This document shows, one piece after another, positions 49,849 through 63,472 of a stretch of DNA of 64,000 nucleotides (within the stretch, counting starts at the first letter, position 1; each line of letters begins with the position of its first letter). The notes under the pieces were generated by a model that worked only from the letters and a program-made list of their open reading frames with translations, made no database searches and was not told where the DNA came from. This stretch comes from Eledone cirrhosa (lineage: Eukaryota). The DNA lies in assembly GCA_964016885.1 (NCBI GenBank), contig OZ024742.1:126356001-126420000 (forward strand), in the 5' to 3' direction. The position numbers and the translations under genes are program-made.

Positions 49849-50070
49849 CCCTTTAGCCTTTAAACCGGCCATATCTGGCCAGAATTCTTTTCACCTCTTT
49901 CTGCTCAAACTGGCTGTAACCAGCCGCTCATACTGATGTTAAGGTATTGTTCTCAAAATAATTAATATAAAAATCTCATAGATTCGATATTATGTGATAT
50001 AACTATGTGAGGCAAAGCCTTTGCCATGAAAATATAATAATAAATATAGTGTAATGTAGATGGTAAAGGG
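49849..50070. mobile_element. piggyBac-type MITE family 1
   Basis: ttaa|ccctttagc ... gtaaaggg|ttaa. Confidence 0.8.
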
Positions 50071-50074
50071 TTAA

Positions 50075-50500
50075 GGAACTACATTCTTTCTCCACAAGTT
50101 CAAATTCAGTCATACTTTGGTCCAAGTGGGTTGGTATGTATCTTGGATACTGGATCTGCAAACTTCTCATCAATGGTCTATAGGTACTCTCCTTCTCTTA
50201 CATTTTTCTTATAACACTGACTCTGAAGGGGCAGCTGACTTCTACAACAGAGCATGTTTTTAATATGTTGTTCCAAACAACAATATCAGGCTGGTTGTGT
50301 TTTAATTTGGTTTTTATTTATTTTTAGTTCTACTAGTATTCATTTGGGCCATCAGTCTCAAAATATATTCCCATATGTGTTTTTATTTTCATCTTCTGTA
50401 GAGCTTTCCAGATTGTTCTGGTTATGACATCATACCTTATAAGGAGGCAGTAATGAGAAGAGATTCTTTAACAATTGGTAATAATGTGACTAGTATCTTC
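50075..50500 (-). mobile_element. RLE-type (R2/NeSL/R4-like) LINE remnant
   Basis: KLKHNQPDIVVWNN..TCSVVEVSCPF motif. Confidence 0.6.
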
Positions 50501-51039
50501 GGTCACTGTTTTGCACAGCCTACTTTTATGTATGTATGTATGTATGCGGAAGAACTCATAAGAGTCAACGGCCATCCAAAAGTGTGTAAATATGTATATA
50601 CACATCTACATATGTATGTATATGTATATGTGTATATACATGGGTGCATGTGTATGTATATGCGCGGGGACATAGAAATAATCAGGCTGGACACCTGATC
50701 GCGCGGTTAAATCACTGGGCGTGAAGGACCCCTAGCCTTTGTCAGGCCATTCTTCTAGGAGAATCCAACTCAGGAAACTGGGATAACTCTGATATAAAAC
50801 CTGCAGCTCAGTAGTTACTGATGATGTTGATCTTTTCTTCTTTTCGGGTTATAGCTATTGTCGCTCAGAGATGGGATTGGCTCAGTGCACAGTCTTTTCT
50901 CACTTTAAAAAATATCTTCACGCACAGGCATTGCACGATAGAATTAATTAATAATTATTAATAATGGTATATCATGCAATGACCATACTTGATAACGAGG
51001 GGGCAGCTATCATGTATGTATGTATGTATGTGTGCGTAT

Positions 51040-51075
<36 letters not shown>

Positions 51076-51848
51076 ATGCATGTGTATGTATGTATGTATG
51101 TATATGTGTGTGTGTGAGTACATGCATGTGTATGTATGTGTGTGGGGGGGGGTGAATGCAAGTGTATGTATGTATGTATGTATGTAGATATGTATGTATA
51201 TATGTCAGGTCACCAGTTGGTGCTACTGGTAACATGTATCCCAGTACAACCTGTCTCATGGTCGGGTCGTTGGCAACTAAACTGGCAACCCCACCAAGGT
51301 TTCTTGGTGAGGAGCGTGACTTTGGACATCCTGCAGGACTAAAAACAAAACCTGTCAAAGGGCAAAGAGCTCTTAAGAGTCAATGGCCATCCAAAATCAC
51401 TGGGAGAGATGACCCCTTAGCCTTTGTCAAGGCAGAATTCTAGGAGAAGGAAAACTCTGATATAACACCTGCAACCCTGATGGTATCCAATGATGTTGAC
51501 TTGTTCTTTTTGGTAAATATCATCTTGGTTAAGAGAGTGGGACTGGCTTTGTGCAGTGCCTTTGCTCACTATAAAAGCTTCACGGCACAGACATTGCTTT
51601 ATATCTAGAGATCTCTCTGCACTTGTCGTCACATGGTACCATGGGCCTAGCACTATGTGTCAATAATTGTCACAGGTGTAGTGTTTGTACCAGAGTTTTC
51701 AAGTCGCTGGCTGGACTAAAAAGTCACACTCGTTTAGCGCATCGGTAGGAGTTCTCCTACATGGATATAAAGTAGTGGCCGTACTCGAAAACGAGTTGGC
51801 AGCCACCACCATGTATGTATGTAGATATGTATGTAGATATGTATGTAT

Positions 51849-51896
<48 letters not shown>

Positions 51897-52629
51897 GTGT
51901 GTGTGTGCATACATGTGTATGTATGTAGCCAACTTTGATCTTTTCTTGAAACACACAACAATTACTGCTAATATGTCTGGTTAATTAGATTTCATCTCTA
52001 TTTACAATGGTAATTGTTCTTCTCGTTGATCATCTGTTTATATCCTTGAAAACGAACATATTACAAAAGTTTAATAAACAAGCTTATTGTTATTCGTATT
52101 TTCAAGTAAGAATCACACATGGCTTAGGAATTTCTTTCTTTAAATAAACTATCTGATAGACAAAAACATTGACATTGTTTATAGATAAAATTCAAATATC
52201 ATTTCTGAGTAATACATTTATATATTTGGCTATTTAGTTCATGATTAGAACATTGCCTCTAGGATTTATTGGCATCGTGTTCAAGAAAAAGCCAGGTATA
52301 GATAATTCTAAGTATGAACTGCAGAAACTGTAAGGAAATGCTATAACAGTAAATATAACAATAAGGATTTATCTGATAGTAAGTTTCAGAGGAATTCCTC
52401 GGCACAAAGAGAAATCTGCCATGGTATTAAACAGTTTTTTTCTTTTAATTTCAACAATATGTGTGTTTTTCTGCTGTACAAATTTAGCATTTCTTGGCTC
52501 CATTTGTATATAGCCTGCATATTTCAATAATTTTCTGTTTGATAGTATAATAGATTTTGAGCTGTTTCAGTTTCTAAATATGGTTGGCCAGTGTCATGTT
52601 AGTCCACTTGGTAATAAAGTCTCTAACTG

Positions 52630-53125
52630 CAAAAGCAATGTAAATACATGCATTGGTAAGGCCTGGGGTGCCATCAACAAGTTATGTTTAGTGTGGAAAT
52701 GTAGACTTTCAGATAACATGAAAAGGAGCCTCTTTCAAGCAACTTCTACTGTTGTTCCATTGTATGGTTGATCAGCATGGATCCTTACCTCAAACCCGGA
52801 AAGAAGATTAGATGGAGCCTACACCTGCATGCTAAAAGTGGCTTTGAATATCACTTGGAGAGAGTGCCTGACCAATGAGAAACTGTATAGGAACTTTTGT
52901 CCAGTATTAAATGTCACCAAAGAGTGTACAGTCAGATTCACAGGGCTTTTGTGGAAACCTACACAAAGAAGAGCTTTCAGAGGATGACAAGCCAAGACGA
53001 ATATCAAGCAGATTTGTGATGACATAAACTGCAATCCCCTCTGACATGTTGGATATGATGGAAAATAGAATTGGATGGTGACAGAGAGACAAGGGAATCC
53101 ATGCAAGTAATGTGACCTGTTGAAT
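52630..53125 (+). mobile_element. Old RTE-clade 3' remnant
   Basis: IGKAWGAINKL..VWK..LFQA..LYG..W.LT..LDGAYTCMLKVALNITW..TNEKLY. Confidence 0.75.
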
Positions 53126-53910
53126 GAGTCCACTAGTTGGCACATCTGAAGAATGTGTTACGGTCAAGTTCGAACATATATTTGATAAAGTCTCCATCCA
53201 TATGTACAATATGCAGAACAGTGCTTTAAGATACTTTCCCCAGCTTTTTTCGGGATATTCAAAACCAGTGTCACTATTTTACCTCTACTTCTATATATAT
53301 TTACTGATCATCCACAGATCTTGCTAAATTAGGGAAATATGTTTTGTAGAGGAATTCTAACAAGTTAAAAATTGATTTCTAATTTAGGCACAGGCCAGAA
53401 AACGTTTTGGGGGAATAGTAATGTTACTTGATAGGGTACATAGCTCAGGGATCAGGAAATTACTCCATGCAGAGACACTCTCTGAATTGAAAGATCATAA
53501 TACTATGGGCATGTGGTTAGAATATCTGAGGAAAGAATCACTGGACAGATTTTACAAGCAAACCCAGCTGGCAAGAGACCCAGAGGTAGATCTTGAACAA
53601 GATGGTTGGATAACATATGAGAGCTCAGCTGGTCTTACTTGGGGATTCAGCAGGATCAATTGGAGATGGTTACTTCTGACAGTACCCACTGGAAGGAGTA
53701 CTTGAGGACTCTGCCCCAACAACCCTTCCTCCCAGGAATAAGTAGGTGAAGATGAAGAAAAATAGCAAAGTTCATTAAATCAACCCTAGTACTTGACTGG
53801 TACTATTTTCATCAACCCCAAAATGGATGAAAGGCAAAGTTGACCTGGGAGAAATTTGAAGTAGAACAAATAGAGCCAGAACAAATAAAGAACTTCCAGC
53901 ATATATTTAA

Positions 53911-54065
53911 CCCTTTAGCATTTATATTATTCTATATTTACTACTGTATTTTTACAGAAAAGGCTCTATATATATCTGATCAGTATCAGCGGCCGGTTAC
54001 GACTGGTTTGAACAGAAAGGAAGAGAGAATTTTGGCTGGATATGGCTGATTTGAATGCTAAAAGG
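53911..54065. mobile_element. piggyBac-type MITE family 1
   Basis: ttaa|ccctttagcatt ... aatgctaaaagg|ttaa. Confidence 0.8.
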
Positions 54066-54684
54066 TTAAGTTAATATCTTAGTAATGAAATAATTAATAA
54101 TTGTTTCTACTTTTGCACAAGGCCAGCAATTACCCAGTGCATTACTGGTACTTTATTTTATCGACCAAGTAAGGATGAAAGGCAAAGTTAACCTCGGCGG
54201 GATTTGAACTCAGAATGGCAAGGACCGTAACTCTATGCGTCATAGTAAATTGATTAAAAGGCTTCATTAATTAATTGAAATAGACTGTTTCGTTAGAAAT
54301 ATGGTCACGAAAAGATTTAGACAGATTTTAACATAAGAAAATAAATCTATATTTAGTGACAACCAAAGGTAATGTTGAATATAAAAATGTGGAAAAAATG
54401 TAAGTAAAGAGAACAAAAAAAAGAAAAAAGAAAACAGAGATTGTAGAATATTTATTTATTTATTCCCCACTTCAATGATTATGGCCACATTGGCAGTGAA
54501 ATAACAGAATGCACAAAACAACAGTTTGTATATATGTATGTATTCATATAGGGTTTATAAAAAAAAAATCATCTGATTTTTATATATGTATGTACGTAAA
54601 TCGGCTGATTTATTTTAATACACCCTATATATATGTATGTGTAGGTGTATATCTGTAGATACCTATAGCATGTAAGTATGTAGG

Positions 54685-54910
<226 letters not shown>

Positions 54911-55299
54911 TTGTTACTAGTTGTGACTAGAAATACCATTATTCCATTTAATACTTCATACATAAAGAATTATATTATGAGATAAAATGGTCAATGGTCA
55001 GGCTTAAACCATTTCACTGGCAAAAAATGCATTTGTTGCTATCAAAGCAGTTTAAGTTTGACCATTGGCATATATATATATATATGTGAGTGTGTGTGTG
55101 TATAATATATATTTTATAAAAAGAGAGACAGGAAAAGTAAAAAAAGGAAAAGAACAACCAAATGCTGGTTAGATGTTGATCAAAGCATTGGTTTATTGAC
55201 AATATAATTGATTTAAAACATTAGATATCAGCCAAATTTTTTGATTTCCTTATTTAAAATATTTTCATAAAATAAAATAATAATAAGGATAATAATAAT

Positions 55300-58200
55300 A
55301 ATTGTTTCTACTTTTGGCACAAGGCCAGCAATTAACCAGTACATTACTGGTACTTTATTTTATCGACCCCGTAAGGATGAAAGGCAAAGTTAACCTCGGT
55401 GGGATTTGAACTCAGATCGTAAAGGGATGTAACTACACTTGAAAGCATGTCTGACCCTCTACCAATACTGCCAATTCACCGATAGTTTCTAATTTAGGCA
55501 TAAGGCCAACAATTTTCTTAATAGAGTAAGGGGAAAGTTGATTATATTTTATCTACCTTGGAAAGATGAAAGTCAAAGTTGGCATCCGTATGATTCAAAC
55601 TCAGAATATAATGAGCTGGAACAAATATGGCTAAGCATTTGTCAGGTGCTCTAACAACTTTGCCATTCCGAAAAATAATAAAAATGTTTTCTACTTTAGA
55701 TACAAGGCCAGCAGTTTGAAGGAAGGAAAGGTCAATTATATTGACTCTGGTACTGTATTTGACTAGTACTTTATTTTGTCAACCCCAGAAGGATAAAAGA
55801 CAAAGTTGACCTAATTTTGGCACAAGGCCAGCAATTTGGGAGAAAGGAAAATCGATTATATCAACTTCAGTACTTGACTGGTATATAGTTTTATTAACCA
55901 AGGAAGGAATAATAAAGTTAAAGGAACTGTAGGAAAATAAATGTAACAATAAAAGTATATAGGTAGTCAAATCATAAGAAAAAAAAAACTTATTTTATAA
56001 AAGAGTGTTCAGGATGCTGGTGGTGGGGTGGGGTGGGGGTGTAATATAATATAATTATGATATGATATTATGATATATAAGAATATATTACTAAAAGAAA
56101 TTATTCAAACATATTATTGAAAATACTGTGAAATTAACCATTTATATTTGGTAAGTGAATTTAAAATAGTTTATGATTTCAGAAATCAATATTTTATTAT
56201 ATTAGTTGGTATTTTAATGAAATATTTCCTAATGATTTTCTTGTTGATTATTTAATAAACATTCCATTCTGCTAAGTAATTAAAAGGGGGGAAAAAAACA
56301 TGCATACATACACAAAAAACCCTACAAAAAACAAAAACAATAAAATCACAGGATCTGATAATTTCTCTCTCTTTTTATTTTTGTGTTGTTTTTGTTGGTA
56401 TTGCTTTTCTTATTGTTATTACTGCTGTTGTTGTTGTTGATGGTTTTTTTGTAATATTCTTCAGAAAATACAAACAAAAGTATTTAAAAAAAATAATAAT
56501 GATAATAAATTTTTTCTAATTTAGGCACAAGGCCTGCAATTTTTGGATGAGGGAAAGTCAATTGAATCAACCTCAGTACTTGACTAGTACTGTATTTTAC
56601 TGACCTCGGAAGGATGAAATGCAAAATTGACCTTGATGGAACTCAGAATGTAAAGAGCAGGAACAAATACAGCAAAGCATTTTGTCTGATGCTCTACCAA
56701 TTCTGCCAGTACACCACCTTCCACTGTCCTAATAATTATATTAATTATTTTTTTACATAGGTACAAGGCCGGAAATTTATGGTGAGATGTTTAATTGATT
56801 AAATCAGCCCCAGTACTTGACTGGTACTTTATTTCAATTACCCTTGGAAGGATAAAAGGTAAAGTTGACCTCTGTAAGATTTAAACTCAGAATGTTATAG
56901 AGCTGAAACAAATTCTACAAGGTATTTTGTCTGATGCTCTGACAGTTCTGATGACATACTGCCCTCAGAAATAGGGAAATAAGATTTACAAAATACACAT
57001 ACAGGGATCAAGAATGTAGTTTTCTTTTTCCTTGGCAGTGTTAAGAAACCAAGAGAATAAAATTTGAATAGAGAAGAATTTTCTGTAAATATTTGAATTT
57101 ATGAATTCTTCCTACAAGGAAACTGTTAAAAGAAAAATAAATAAAAGCAACATATTTATTTTTATCATACAAAATTACCCTCTTTAGTAAATTAATCCCT
57201 GGCTTTTCCTTCTTTTTCTTATTTTTGTATTTTTTTTTTTTTTTTTTTGAAAAGGAGTCTATCTTTTCTATCCTCCAAAGAACTGAAAAAAAAAAAAGCA
57301 GCAGAGAGAATGGAAAGGAAAGAGTTGAGATAGGTCATCATTATTATCATTACTATTATTATTATTACTATTATTATGTATTTATATATTTCATGACTTA
57401 GCACAGGTCTATCATGTAAAACTGTGTTATTGTGTCTGCTTGTGCTATATTTATGACAATATTTTATTAATTCCTTCCAGACCTTTATTTAACTGCATTT
57501 AGGGTCTTGAAATGGACTTTAAAAATAAAGTAAAATAAAATAAAATAAAATAAAATAAAATAAAATAAAATGAAATGAATGAATATTAAATATTTCACAT
57601 ATCTGCCAGAATATGAAGAAGATATTGGTCTTAACCAACCAATCAACCAGCCAACCAACCAATCAACCAGTCAACCAAAGATAGGGGTGTAGGAAATGAT
57701 GAAATGCCATTACAATTAATAAGTCTTTTCAAAGCAGAAAAATATACAGAATTTCCACCAGATTTTTTTTTAAATTTTTATAATTATTATTTTTTTTTAG
57801 ATTTGTTTTATTTTGTTGTAGTTTTTGAAGAAATATGATTTTTGATTGCATATCAAAGATTGATCAGCATAAAAAACAAACAAACAAACGAAAGAAACAA
57901 AACAAAGTAAGATCAATGGGGAAAGAGGATTGGTGATATATATAAAAATACAAAAAAAAAGTATTAATAATTTCTACTATAGGCATAAGGCCAGAAATTT
58001 TGAGGAGAAGGGGTTAGTTGATAATATCAACCCAGTACATAACTGGTACTTTATTTTATCGACCTCTGAAAGGATAAAAGGCAAAGTTGACCTTGGTGGG
58101 ATTTGAACTCAGAACATAAAGAGCCGGAACAAATACTTCATGGCGTTTTCTTCAACACTCTACTGATTCTGCCAATCCATCACCATTAATTTCTAACATA

Positions 58201-58405
58201 GCACAAGGCCAGAAATTTAGGGGTTGGGAAACAGTCGATTTTATTGACCCCAGTATTTGACTGGTAATTTGTTTTGTTTTTTTTTCGATCCTGAAAGGAT
58301 GAAAGGCAAAGTTGACCTCAGCAGGATTTGAACTTAGAATGTAAAGAGCAAGAACAAATACCACACAGCATTTTGTTCAACACTCTACTGATTCTGCTAA
58401 TCCCC
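55300..58405 (-). mobile_element. Cluster of co-oriented (ATT)n-tailed SINEs (about 55300-55900 several; 56510-56965 two; 57965-58405 two)
   Basis: Repeated ggcacaaggcc..actggtactttattt..gatgaaaggcaaagttgacc..ttgaactcagaa blocks. Confidence 0.85.
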
Positions 58406-59086
58406 AATTATAATGAATGATAATCATGATGGTGCCTCAGCATGGCCCTGAACCTAATGGCTAAAACCAGTAAAAGAATGATACTATAAAAAACTGAATA
58501 ACTTTCTAGGCAGGGGAAAAAGCACAATTGTTCAGCCAAAGAAACAAGTCTTTTAATTTAAAGAAATTGTTTATTTTTAATTATATTTATTTCTTAAAAT
58601 CCCTTTTACACCCTCCTTTAACATATAGCTAAATCTCTGTGAGTATTCAGTTTATAATAGGTACACAATATTTCTGTGAGTTGTTAGAGCAAACCAAAAG
58701 GGTTGGTACCAAAAAAGGGCACGTGGATATAAAACATTGCCTTAAAAGAATTCCCATGAATAGTTTGAAGTCTATTATGAGATCCATAAGACTAACCACT
58801 GTCTTAGCAAGGAGAACAGCCTTGAAATGCTTGCTTGCCATATAGCTAAAAATATGAATGTATTTGCCCTATATATATATATCTATGATGGGGATAAGGA
58901 TGTACAAATTCAATAGTCTAGCCATTCCAAAATGGAATCATACATTATAAAAAGAAAAAAATACTAATTAATTAATTAAAGAAAATTAAATTTTAAAGAA
59001 ATCAAAAAATCCAGGAATAACCTCTAGATAACTTAGATTTATGAACAACATAACATGATAAAACAATATATACATATATATACATA

Positions 59087-59126
<40 letters not shown>

Positions 59127-59674
59127 CACATACGCATACACACACACAGATATATACATACACATTCAAAAATCATTTTGCTGGAGATAAAAATTAAAAA
59201 CATGGATTGAGTCTGGTATAATTTCTTTTGTTTATTTTTCTTTCTGTCATCATTCATTCCTCTGTTCAGAGTCTTTCATCCATTCAACAATCCATTTAAC
59301 CATTCATTCATTCTTAAGACAGGATCAAATTATATGCAAAGATTAATAAAAGGTTTATTGTAAGCCCCAAAACAGGATAATATAAGATAAGATTAGATTA
59401 ATGCTTTTTTTAAGACACCAATATTTAAAATTTGGGTTGGTGGTGGAAAATAATAAGAAATTAATTAATAAAAATAATTGTAAGGTTATATGAAAACATA
59501 CTTGAAGGCAGTGCTCCAGCATGGCCTTGCCCATGGTGGCTAAAACAATCTAATGAGCTATGAGAAACATGTTGCTTATATGATATATTCTTATTTTTAA
59601 ATGAGGGAATTATCCTTTATTTTTTAAATAATTATTTAAAGTTTTAAACAATCATAATTGCATTATTTATTATT

Positions 59675-59729
<55 letters not shown>

Positions 59730-59888
59730 ATGGTATACACCTCTTCCTCCACTTCTGAAAATAAAGAAAGGAAAAAAATACATTTTGTTGAGTTTTGGTG
59801 CTTTTTTTTTACAAAAGAAAAAAAATAAATTTGTTATTCTAAATTCTTCTAAGTAAAACACGTATGAAGTTTGCAATATCAAAGAACC

Positions 59889-59966
<78 letters not shown>

Positions 59967-59978
59967 GTATATATTTAT

Positions 59979-60024
<46 letters not shown>

Positions 60025-60690
60025 GTATTGTATATGTGTATGTTTTTACTTAACTATTTTCAGTACATTTTACACAACAGTTCTTTTAATGGCTCTTTGT
60101 ATTGTAATGTCACATTTTTGTTGTTCTTGTGGCAAATAATTAAATTATTAACATTAATCATTATTCAATATCATTATTATTATGATATTCATAAAGGAGT
60201 AGTTATTTCTGTCATCAATATGTGTAGATGAAGGCAAAGTTGCACTGCCAATAATATTGTGAATGTGTGTATATATGTATATGTATAGATATAATTGTTT
60301 CTACTTTTGGCACAAGGCCAGCAATTATCCCAGTGTATTACTGGTACTTTATTTTATCGACCCCGTAAGGATGAAAGGCAAAGTTAATCTCGGCAGGATT
60401 TGAACTCAGATCATAAAGGGCAGCAACTCTATGCTGCAAAACATGGCGTCCGACCCTCTACCGATAACTGCCAATCTACCGTCCCATATATGTATATGTA
60501 TAGATATAATATTATGTATTTATGTTTATACACAGAACAAGAAAGTGCTACCTTAGGTTTCAAGGTTTACTTATGTTCATCTCCCCAGATTGTGCACAGC
60601 GGTGTGTGGAGGAGTGATTAAAGTCATGATCTAGTCATCAGCTGCTGGGACATATATGTATATGTGTATGTCTATAAATATATATATATA

Positions 60691-60768
60691 CAGGGTGTTC
60701 CTAAAAAATATACACACACTTTGATTAGAATGCTGTTGAAGTGTGTATACATTTTTGTGGGACAGCCT
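60691..60768. mobile_element. Tiny Tc1/mariner-type MITE in (TA)n
   Basis: cagggtgttcctaaaaaatatacacacact versus agtgtgtatacatttttgtgggacagcct, imperfect TIRs, TA flanks. Confidence 0.6.
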
Positions 60769-61149
60769 ATATATATATATATATATATATACATACATAT
60801 AGAGTTGAAAAGGTAATCATCTTAATATCTGGTTGATCAAACTTTAAGAAATATGAGTTTTATAAAAAGCCCAACTTTGAAATGATAAACTTGAGAAATA
60901 TCTTTTCAACTCTACCAAAATAAAGACTATAAACATGCTTGTATATATATTATATATCCATACACAATGATGGACTCTCCTGTCAAGAATAACATGAAAG
61001 TCCAGATGTTGGATCAATGGAACACATTATTCACTGAATTAGCATGGAAAGTGGTCAAGCATTTCATAGATACATGTACCTTTAATGTAATTCTCAAGTG
61101 TAATCATTGTGACTGAGTGTGACAAGGCTGCTCCATTGTATTACAGGTA

Positions 61150-61315
61150 CAGGTCATCCAACATGTTTCATACAGTTTCTGTCTACCTAGTTTCACTCAC
61201 TAGGCTTGGATCGACCTGAGGCTATGGTAAAAGACATTTGCCCAAGATGTCATGCAGTGGGTTTGAACCCAAGATCTCATGATTGCGAAGCAAACTTCTT
61301 AACCACTTGGCTATG
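61150..61315 (-). mobile_element. tRNA-derived CORE-like SINE
   Basis: Reverse complement tagccaagtggttaag..gggttcaaaccc..cttgggcaaatgtctttt. Confidence 0.7.
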
Positions 61316-61459
61316 GCTGTGTCCCTATGCAATAGATGACTAAGAAATGCAGCAGATATTTTTCAAAATATAATGGTGGATGTAAACAATCTATTTTTAG
61401 AACCATTGGGTGATAGGAAGTTTTGAATTTTAATAGCTTCAACATTTCTGATTGTAAAG

Positions 61460-61583
61460 AATAGTCTAATAAGCTGGATATATAAGACCCAGGAGATGGA
61501 AAAAATGTGTACAGTCTCACAGGGAGCGCTGCACAAATATTTTCTCTCTCCTGGGGTTTATATGTCCTAATTATTGGACTATT
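61460..61583. repeat. Imperfect hairpin, about 58-bp arms, short loop
   Basis: aatagtctaataa..cccaggaga..tgtgtacag pairs with ctgcaca..tctcctggg..ttattggactatt. Confidence 0.8.
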
Positions 61584-62205
61584 TTTCCTAGTCAAATAAT
61601 GGTGGATATTTTGTAACCTTGCAAGACATATTTGGTTGTTTGTGATGATGGTGACAGCGATAATTTATGGTGTCTTTTCCTTTGCAATGTTTTATTTGAT
61701 CCAATTCCAACCAGGTCATGTTTTAGTGTAGATATATAATATTTAGTATCATAAATCTTTGTGCAGAGTTTATTGAATGACAGTTCCTCTGAATACATAT
61801 TTGCTTTTGTTTATTTTGTTGTATAAAAACAGTAAAGTATTCGATTGACTCATTATGTTAGAAGTGTGGAGAGACTAATATATGTTTATAACTTGTAAAG
61901 GAAACAGGCTTACAGAAAATCTTCTTTGTGATCTGCTGCTATTGTGATTATTGACTGAAAAGGTGTGACTCAATGAAATCTTAGGTCAAAATGAGTAAGC
62001 CCTTTTACATTATGCATATGTGTGCGTGTGAGTGTGTATCATTTTAAATGTGTCTTAAGGTAAACCTAATGTTTTAGTTGACATTGCAAGGCTTGACAAA
62101 TGTATGACAAATTCTTGATGTGATCTCTTTAGCAAACAGAAAAAAAGTGAATGACTCGACGTGGTTTCAAACCTTGTTGGGTTCATATCGCACACACACA
62201 CACAC

Positions 62206-62242
<37 letters not shown>

Positions 62243-62776
62243 TGGTAGTGAATATCCAATGTTTTGATGAAAAGCAAAACTGACCCCATCAGTATTTGAA
62301 CTCAGAATATAAAGGGAAGTAACTAAATTTCATAAGGCATTTTGTTCAATGCACTACCGATTTTCCTAATAATAATAATAATAATAATAATCCTTTATTT
62401 GCCACAAGGGCAACAAAGATACCACATTACAATAATAATCATAATTAAAGTGAGCAAAGGGCAACAATAAAACTTCTGAAGAGGGTGGGGGGCTTATGAT
62501 GGTAATGGTTGTTGTTTCTTTTATTCTTATTATATCTCAATAAACACAATAATAGTAGTAGTAATAGTAATAGTATTCTTAAAGTTCTTGTTGCTAGGAT
62601 GGCTGGCTGTTTTTTTTCTGTTTTTTTTATGGGGTGGGGGATGAGGGGTATTGTTATATAGATGGGATCTGGTAGTATAGACACAAACTTTGGGTGACGG
62701 TAGGGTCCTGAATTAAAGAAAAGAACAGCAGTGTGGTGAGGTGACCGATCCTTCTTATAGATGTACAGGGAATTTC

Positions 62777-62817
<41 letters not shown>

Positions 62818-63076
62818 GTATGGGTGCATGTATGTGTGTGTCTATGTATGTGTGTGTGAGTTTGAATGTGTATGGATGCGTAGCAATTGTAGAATGTTGT
62901 AGTAGTAATGGTTGTTGTATTTAAAGGAAGATATAGCCTGGTGGAGGAGCAGAAGTAAGATGTTGAATCCATTGAAAGAAGGAGTGATGTAGAGAGAACA
63001 CTGTTAGCAGATAAATAGATAGATAGATATATAAATCGTTTCTCGAGACATGGTTATTGCAACAAAAAGCCCGTTG

Positions 63077-63472
63077 TACTTTCATAACAATATATATTCA
63101 TATATATTGCACATTGACATCAAAAACTATACACATGTGTGTGTATGTATACATACATATACTTACATATATATATATATACATACATATAAACATTTCT
63201 ATATATATATATATATACATACATATATACATATAAATATGACAACATACTTTCATAACAATATATATTCATATATATTGCACATTGACATCAAAAACTA
63301 TACATATGTGTGTGTATGTATGTATACATACATATATATATACATATATATATATATACATGCATATACATATATATATATATGTACATACATATACATA
63401 TATATATATACATATACATATATATATATATAAACATTTATATATATATACATACATATAAATATGACAACA
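63077..63472. repeat. Tandem duplication of about 170-220 bp containing a microsatellite
   Basis: tactttcataacaatatatattcatatatattgcacattgacatcaaaaactatac occurs at 63077 and 63248. Confidence 0.88.

Larger units (their letters stand above)
48930..51820 (+). mobile_element. Three related non-autonomous elements with (ATGT)n tails (48930-49575, 50548-51030, 51204-51820)
   Basis: Shared blocks gtgctactggtaacatgta.cccagtacaacctgtc, aagagtcaatggccatccaaaa, cctagcctttgtca..ggagaa; ends gcagcc..catgtatgtatg. Confidence 0.78.
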
